A stretch of 50,748 bases of DNA from an uncultured Thermoplasmatales archaeon. Lineage in GTDB: Archaea; Thermoplasmatota; E2; DHVEG-1. Made by a program: the position numbers and the translations under genes. Below the pieces are notes generated by a model. That model saw only the letters and a program-made list of their open reading frames with translations, searched no databases and had not been told where the DNA came from. The first letter of the stretch is position 1. Every line of letters starts with the position of its first letter. This document shows, piece after piece, positions 11,701 through 20,700 of the stretch. The DNA lies in the NCBI GenBank assembly GCA_964601295.1, contig CAZRMY010000001.1, forward strand, positions 1-50,748, given 5' to 3'.

Positions 11701-14700
11701 CATCTATCCCTTTGTTTCTAATCTGTGCCCCATCAAACGTTATATTATACAATTGCACCCCATTGCCATTATGCGTGATGGTTTCTCCTTGCCAGTCTAT
11801 CCACTGCCATGAGCCTGGAGATTCCTTGTGAAGATCACATTGCAACCAGTATTCGTTACTACTACCTGTTGTAGAGTTTACTGCAACCGTGAGTTGAAGT
11901 CCGCTGTATGATGCTTCAGAGCCCACGCCCTGATCAAAGGGGTAGGTGTCATCATCAACCAGTGTGACAGTTGATCTCTGGAACTCATCGTGATTATATG
12001 AGCTGGTGCTATAGTCATCTATTGAATCAATCATCGTCCAGGTTGTCTCATTCATTATTTGTATACGCACTGTATATGGTCCATTAAATGCGCTGTCGTA
12101 TATGCGTTCTCCGTCAAATTTGAGTTTAACGACTTGTTCGCCGGTGCCATCAAGCTCGATTTGTTGCCCTTTCCATGTGATCCAGTGCCAGTCATAACCA
12201 CTTCTTTTCTCTAGATCTCCATGCATCCAATAGGTACCATCGCTAGCGCTATCAACGGTTACATTTAATTCAAGATAATTATATAAATCATCTTCGTCTT
12301 CAACTGTATCGTTACCCCAGTCTTCAACACTCACCAGTGTTACATCAGGTGTAGCAAACTCAGAGTAGCTATACTCATCTGTGGTATACTGCTCAATCAT
12401 ATCTTGCTCGGTCCACGTAGCAACATCTCTTAACTCAAGCCGGATATGATATGGCCCATCAATTTCACTATTTTGTATGGTCTGACCGCTAAATACTATC
12501 GTTATATTCCTTTCTTCATTTGCATCGAATTCATCATTTCCGTTGTTACTCTGCCAGGATATCCATTCCCAGTTCCAATTTGTTTGTTTGTGTAGATCTG
12601 CGCCAAGCCAATAGTAGCCTGATGTACTACAATTGACCGTCACATTAACTTGTAAATCACCGGCACCTGTTTTATAGTCAGACACGCTCATAATCTCAGC
12701 GCCAGATTGTTGAAATTCATCATAACTATACCCAGTTATTTGGTATGGTTCATAGCTATCGATCATTCTACCGTCTTGTCTAAGTTCAATTCTGGCTTTA
12801 TATGGTGAGTTTAACCCTTTGTTTCGTATCTTTACTCCATCAAAATGTAGTATCGCTAGGTCATCTGTTGCTTCTAGATACGTATAGGTTTCTGTGTTAT
12901 CGATCCACTGCCAGCCACTTGTATCTGAATACAACTCTCCTTCCAACCGATAATATCCGTCTGATCCAACGTTAATTGATACATTAACATCCAGATAATC
13001 ATATTTATCATCGTTATCGGTGTCGTTACCCCAGTTAGTAATACCACTGGTATTAATTGATGCAGCTGCTGCATCAAAATTATCATAACTGTACGCTGAA
13101 GTCTCATAGTCACTGATACTATCAAGTAATTTCCAGGTATCCGTATTGCGTAACTCAAGCCGTAAACTATATGGGCCATTAAGACCGCTATTTCTCATGA
13201 TTTCTCCCTCGAAGCGAATATTTATTGTTGATTCGCCGCTAGGGATACTTGTCCAGTTGTTTGTCCAGGAGATCCATTCCTCATTATAATTTGATTGTTT
13301 CCGAAGATCGGCGGTGAGCTCACAATTAACATACCCGCTCTCATCGGAGTTAACCGGTACATCAATTGAAAGATAATTATAGTTTCCATCTCCATCTGTA
13401 TCAACACCTGTGTCACTGATCTCGCTTTCATTAAATTCAATTGTTGAACCAATAAAATCAGATGATTGATACCCGCTGGATGTTGTTCCATCATATTTAG
13501 CTACACGTCTTCCTTCATCTAGATTTTCTACTTCCAGATGAATATTATATGGTCCATCACATTCAGATGAGCTTATTTGTTCTCCATTAAATTGGAGTAT
13601 AATTTGCTCTTCTGAATCACTTGAACTTACCGTTTTATATTCGTTTGTCCACCCGATCCAGTACCAATTGTTATTGGACTCCTTACTCAAATCACACCAG
13701 ATCTCATAATTTCCCGGATCTGAAAATGTAATATTTGCTGTAATGTTTAGGTATTCATAATCGGGACCACCAGTGTTGTTGTACCCCTCATCTGAAACGG
13801 ATTCAATAGTTACGCCACCAGAGCTAAAATCTGAAGTGTTATATGTATTAATTGATTCATTGTTAAAATGATCTAAATCTGACCATTCACCGGCTCTTCT
13901 AACCCATACATCTATATCAAATCGTGTACCTGTTGCAAATGTACTTTGCATGCTCTGACTAAGACTTTGAATACCACTAAGTATTTCAATTGAATCAAAG
14001 TATAACTGAATCTCTTGAGGATCTGAATCTTGGATTAGCTGCATATTCTCCCATTGACCCGCAATAAAATTCCAGTCGTTACTACTTTCTTTATGTAAAT
14101 CCCCTCCAATAGAGTATGTCCCAGTTTCATTTACCTGAAGAGTTACATTAACTACAACATTTCCATCACTTGCTCTCTGATAATCATCATGATCATCGGT
14201 GAAGTAAATCGGCCGAATATCTCCTAATCCGGTGAAATCATAGAAATCTGTTTCATAGTTGTCTAAGTTATCTAGCATATTCCAGTTTGAGTCCATTATT
14301 TCAAAGGAAATAGTATATGGTCCGTTGTAACCTGCTGTCTGGATACCTGATATATCAAAAGATAAGGTTACATCCTGTTCACCTGCAGATGAAAAAGTAA
14401 TTTCTTCTTCCGTGTCTGCAATCCAAATCCAGTTATCCCATCCACCTTGATTTATTACTTTATGTAGGCTCCCGTGCACATGATATGAACCTGTTTCACT
14501 TGAGTTTATTCTGAGAGTTGTATATAGATATTGGCTATCATTTGAGTCACTTGGGTAGGAGTTATTCTCGATAAATCGTACTGATGGTTGTTCAAAATCA
14601 CCCAGTGAGTATGAGTTATCTGTGGTAAAATCAAGGTAGTCAAGTTCTGAGCCACCTAATTGTCTGAGCCATAAATTAACACCATAATACCCTTCTTGAC

Positions 14701-17700
14701 CACTGTTTCCGATTTGACTAGCGCTGAAACAAATCGTTACATTATATAAACCCGTAGTGGCAGGTGTGAACTCTTCACTTTCCCAGGTGATCCAGTTCCA
14801 ACTTGTACTTGTTTCCTTGTATAACTCACCGGAGACTTCATATGTTGAGCCAACCTCACTGATATCCACAGGTACCGTCACCTGCAAATAATCATAATAT
14901 CCGTTATTGTCCTCGTCATATCCTTGATCTGAGTGGCTGCCTTCAAATATTGCCCCGGGTGTTGAAAAATCAGTATAGCTATGTGCATCAGTTGTGTATT
15001 CATTGCTAATCCAGTCATTGTTGTTATGCAGGCTCACATACAGATTATATGGTCCATTGTATCCTGCGCTATAGATGCTTTCACCGGATAAAGTTATATT
15101 TACTTCAGTTATGCCACTGTTGAGATATGTTTCATTGCTATCCCAGGTAATCCAGTACCAATCACTGCTATGAATATCACCTTTTATCTCGTAAGTTCCT
15201 TCGTAACCATCAGATACATTTATGTTTACCCCAATTTCTAAGTCTCCATCTACTGGGCCATGATCGGAGATATTTACAATTACCGCCCCAGGTCGTGCAA
15301 ATTGATCGTAATCGTAATTAAGATCAGTATCTGGGTCATAATTAGTAATCCAAGTGTCAGTGCCATATTCACGATGTAAATTAAAGTTTATGTTATACGG
15401 GCCATTATATCCACTATTGTAGATATCAGATCCTTCTAACCTTATTGGAACTAGTATGGAGGTATTTGGTTCATTTTCGCCGCCTTCGGAAATAGTTATT
15501 GTTCCGCTATTATTCCACGATATACCTTGCCAATCATACCAACCTCCAGACTGCAGCACTTCTTTGTATAGATTTGCATCAACTCTGTAATCGCCACAGA
15601 CCGAGGCATTAATTGTGGCATTAGCAACTAGCCCTACATACCCATTTGGACCATCTAGGGTATGATGTGAAAAAACATCTTCAAAACAAACTGCGGGTGT
15701 TGAAAAATTATTTTTGTTATACGTGCGTGTAGTAGTATAATCAAGATCATCTAGTGAATTCCAGCTTGTTGAATAAAACAGTCCGATCCATGAGTGCCAG
15801 TTCCCTTCTTGTGCCTGACTTGCTTTTATTTGTTCTCCATCAAAATATATTTGTACCATATGAGAACCTGCTCCTAAAGAGCTTTGAGTATCATTGAATG
15901 TTATCCAGTTATTATTTGAATCTTCTAATCCAGCTTCAACTCTATACGTGCCTGCTGAGGTAACATTTACCGTGACGTTATACACTAAGAAATCATAGTC
16001 ACCGGGTGTTCCCAGTGGAAAATCTTCAACGCTTTCAATGATGCTCCCCTCGGTTATACCGATGCCTTTTGATGTAAACACTTGATCGCCTGATGGGGCT
16101 GTAGCTGTCAGCTTGATATCGTACCAATCTCCATCATCTGCGGTGGATGGTATGGTAAATGAGAACCATCCATGTCCATCTGTTGTATCTGTAAATGAAC
16201 CGCTGCTAAGAGTGTGTTCGCCCATCCAATCCCATGTTACAATTTTCCATGAATAGTCTGCGTTAGCAACCTCTGTTGAATTACTGATGTAACTTAAGGT
16301 GTATGTTCCATTACCTGTTGAACCGGGTCGATAATTGTTTTTATCTATATCAAATTCGAGAGAAAGTGAACTGATCTGAATATCCCAGATATCGTCACGC
16401 GCCACCGGAGTCGAATAGCTTTCATTTTCAACCCACATCCTGAACATATATTCTCCTGTTGAAAACCCTATCGTGTTAATTACAAACTCATGCTGACCAT
16501 ATGAATCCGTGGTATTTGTGAGTGTAGCATAATATTCTTCCCCAAGATGATCTCCATCTGACACATATTCTTTAAAGATCTCAAGTGTACAGTTTGAATT
16601 GGGCAGTCCAGCAGAGGTAATCTCAATGTTAATGTCTTCACCAGCTGCGTACTGCCAGTTATCAATGTCACGTTCCAGGTATGCGCATTGGCTCCAACGC
16701 GGTAGCAGGGTTATATTCCTGTTAAATGTTTCATTTACATCAAGATATACTAATTCCCAATGGCCATCATAATTATTGTCAGATGGATTGATTTGTAACT
16801 CATATACACCTGCTTTTGCATTTATGCTATATTCCCCGGTACTCTCATTTACCGATGTAGTATTTTCTGACATGGTTATTTCATCCCATAGCCATATGTC
16901 TGCATCAAGTGGATTTCCATGGGCATCAGTAATATATCCTGTTATGGTACAGTTTTCAGGTGGCGGTGGACTAAAGTCGTTATAATTATATTTATTGGTC
17001 ATTGTTTGTATTTCGTCAAGTTCACTACCGGTTTGGCTTCTGACTCGTATGTTTACCCATATGGAGGCGTTACATCCCTTAGCGTAGATTGCTCCTCCAT
17101 CAAAACTCAGATTAACATATTGTTCGTCGTAATCAACAAATGTAACTCCTTTTCTTACTCCACCAATATATGGATCACCATCATATGAAAAATCACATGT
17201 CCCAATGTCTCCTTCAAACTCATAGTAGCCTAATGTTCCAACATCGACCTGCAATCCTATTTGTAGATACTCATAGAGCCCGTCATTATTTTCATCAAGC
17301 CCTGAATCAAGTATGGTTCCAGTGAAAAAGATATCTGGTTTGGTGAAATCAGAATATTCATAGCTTTCGGTTACTTTTTGTGCACTATCAAACCAGACAT
17401 AGCTAGAATTTCGCAGATAAGAAACATCATAGACGATGGTATAGGGGCCGTCTATTTTTTTACGGTATATTCGTTCTGCATCAAACGATAACTCAATTGT
17501 TCTTGATCCTGATGAGAGAGTTTTTTGTGTGTCGGTGTTTGTTATCATAACCCCGTTTGAACTGCATAGTTTAGCTTCAACTTTGTAAGATCCTGATTGT
17601 GATACATTAACCTTAACTTTTGTTATGAAATAATCATAGTCTCCGTCAGCATCTGAGTCGTAGGGATTTTCATAGAAGTACCCTTCATTAAATTCAGCGA

Positions 17701-20700
17701 GGGGCTCGGAGGTACCTACTGCAAATATGATTGGTTCGGTAAAACTGGTATCGTTCCAATTTGGGTCATTGTTAGGGATAGATCGTACTGTTGTTTGATT
17801 TAGTTCAGTTGTAGTAAGCATCCACTGGCGTCTATTTTTAAATGAGTACGTTTGTGGGATTCGTACAGTGTAGTTCATGTTAAAAGCGGGGTTGCCGTAG
17901 TATCCCTCAATTTGTATACTATGTATAGTATCGTTTGTGTCTATTTCTTCGTTTGGCGTCATGCTCATGTTTGCGTATATGGTTATTGGATCCGTTGAAG
18001 TTGTATCACCAATAATCCCGCTGATTTCAACAGTTGTAAACTGTGGTTGTATATATGTGTCATCTATTTGATAGTAGGAGAAGGGGATTCGTGCGAGAAG
18101 CATGTTTTCTTCGAAATATCCACTTTGAGTGAAAGATGCATTGATAGAGCTTTTTAGAGTGTCTGCTTCATCAGCATCGATTTGTCCATTGAGGTCGCTG
18201 TCTGTCATTATTCGGATGATTTGGGGGTTGCCTGTTATTGTCCGTGATAATTGTGCGTAGGACAAATTCGTGTTGACAATGTTTAGATTCACATGGATAT
18301 CGTCAGGATCAGTAGCTGTTAATGATATATTGTGTTCAAGTGTTTCATTTGCAGCTACGGTTACTTCGATCACGTTGTTTATATAGCCGCCGATACCTAG
18401 TGGTGGTCCTTCTCGTGTTTCGCCAATGATTTTTGCTAATGTTATGAGATAGAAGGTACCTGCATAGGTTGATGTATTGTAATATCCTGTTTCATCGGTG
18501 CTTGGCATGTCGAAGAAATCTTTTTCGCTTTCATATGGATGCAGAGGATCATACAGTATCAGTTGTACATCCTCAAGGGGTGTACTCTCTGATTTTATGA
18601 ATCCTTCGATAAACGCATTCGATGGTGGCTTTGTTTCCATGTACAATGTTCCAAGATCTATATCTTGGTTAGAGATCGCTGTTTCAATCTCTGTAGCATT
18701 TGTGAAATATCCATCTTTAGCGAAAAATACTTCAAAATCATCTGCATCTCCAGCTATGCAGCCAACTGAGAAATTCCCGTTTTCATCGGTTTCTGTCTGG
18801 TTTTCAAAATAATTTGGTCCTTCAATTGCTACAGTTACATTTGAGATAGGCTCATTTGTGTCAATATCACGGATAGTGCCATTTACATGGGCAGTAATAT
18901 CCCAGATTTTTTCAAGCTCTAATCTTTCAATATCCACAATGCCTTCATATTCCATCATTGTAATAAGATTCCTTATGCCTTCTTGTCTTTCATAGTTGGT
19001 TACATAGCCTTCTGCAGAACACACAAAGCATAGTTCACCATCAGCTGCTTCAGAGACTGATTGATTTATACTAAAATGTAGTTCAAATTGCCCGTTTTGA
19101 GCTGTTTCTGTGCTGTTTAAAATCGTTGTAGGGTTATCCCTTGGATACGCAGCGCTCACGGTTGCATATGGTATCGCAAGATCTGATCTTTCCATATAGA
19201 CTGATCCTGTGACGGTAATGTTTACTTCTCCCTCTATACCGTCCCCTCCAGGGTCGTCTCCACCTGAGGCTATGGAAAAGTTTAAATTTTCAACATGTGT
19301 GTAATCCTCACTGATGCTGATACTATTCCATACAGATGGAAACACCATTTCCTTAGATGCCATTAGATCATAATCGCCCGTTGGCAGATCTGTAAAATTG
19401 TAATACCCTTCCCCATCGGAGATCGTATTATTCATATAACCAGTTGCATTGTTAATTATCTCTATTTCGGCACCATTAATTCGTTCACCGTTGTCCTCCC
19501 ATTTCACATAGCCAGATACTGATGAGTTACCAGATTCATCACCTTGCTGTCCCCCGCCATCTGTTTCGGTAGTAAAACTCCATATCTCGCTGCTATTACT
19601 TTCGTCATGTGTATCCCATGCAACAATCCTCCAATAATATGTAGTATCGCTATCCAATGGCATTAGAGTATAGCTTGTGCTTGTATGATTTTGAGCGATT
19701 TGACCAGGTGGATTGCTGCTTCCAAAATAAATATCAAAGGTTACATCATCACCATCTGGATCATCACATGACCAGCTAATAGCAGTATCCGTGGGTCTAT
19801 CCACCGATCCATCAGGAGGCGTCTCACCATTCGGCCGATTAGGTGGATTATTTCCCCCAGCAGAGGTGGTGGCAAACCAGAATGTTTCATTAGTCCAATT
19901 ACCACTGCCGTAATCGCTGCAGTTTACATACCAATAATACGTTGTATCATATGCTAATGATCCTGTTATATCACAGTATTTAGTCCCATTTTCATCATTT
20001 GATGTAATATTGCTCCCAATATTTGGACTGGTTTCAATAGACCAATTGAGCAAATCTCCCTCAGAATCATTTATAGAAACATACAAGTGGGATATATCAA
20101 TAGGCACCCCTGTTGTTTGATTATTTGGATAGGGGTTCGTAAACTCTGGTGAATTATTACTGCTACCACCGGTGCTATCTGTTTCAGTAGTAAACCAAAA
20201 TGTTTCATTGGTCCAATTACCACTACCGTAATCGCTGCAGTTTACATACCAATAATAGGTTGTATCATACGCTAATGGACCAACAGTGCATGATTTAGTA
20301 CCGTTAGTTTCATCAGAACCAAAATCACTACCAATATCAGGCGATGTCGTGATATACCAGTCAAAATGATCCCCTTCAGGATCCTCAATCAACACGCTTA
20401 AAGAAGAAAGACTTTGTGAAACATCCGTAGAGGTGTTACTGGGATCCGCTGAGGTAACATCAGGCTCATAGTTATGCTCATGGTCATCTTGACCTTCTAT
20501 GGTAATCTCTGCTGCGGCGATATCCGCATCATTATCCCACAAGGGGTTCGGCGCATCTCCTCCGTTATCCTCAAAAATATAAATGGTGTTCCCTACAGAA
20601 ACGTTAAGCAGGGCATCTTGATTCTCTCCAGCATTGTGTGAATCTTCTGAGTCCGTTAAATTAAAGAACCCCCAGAAACAGCCATCATCGGGTTGATTCT

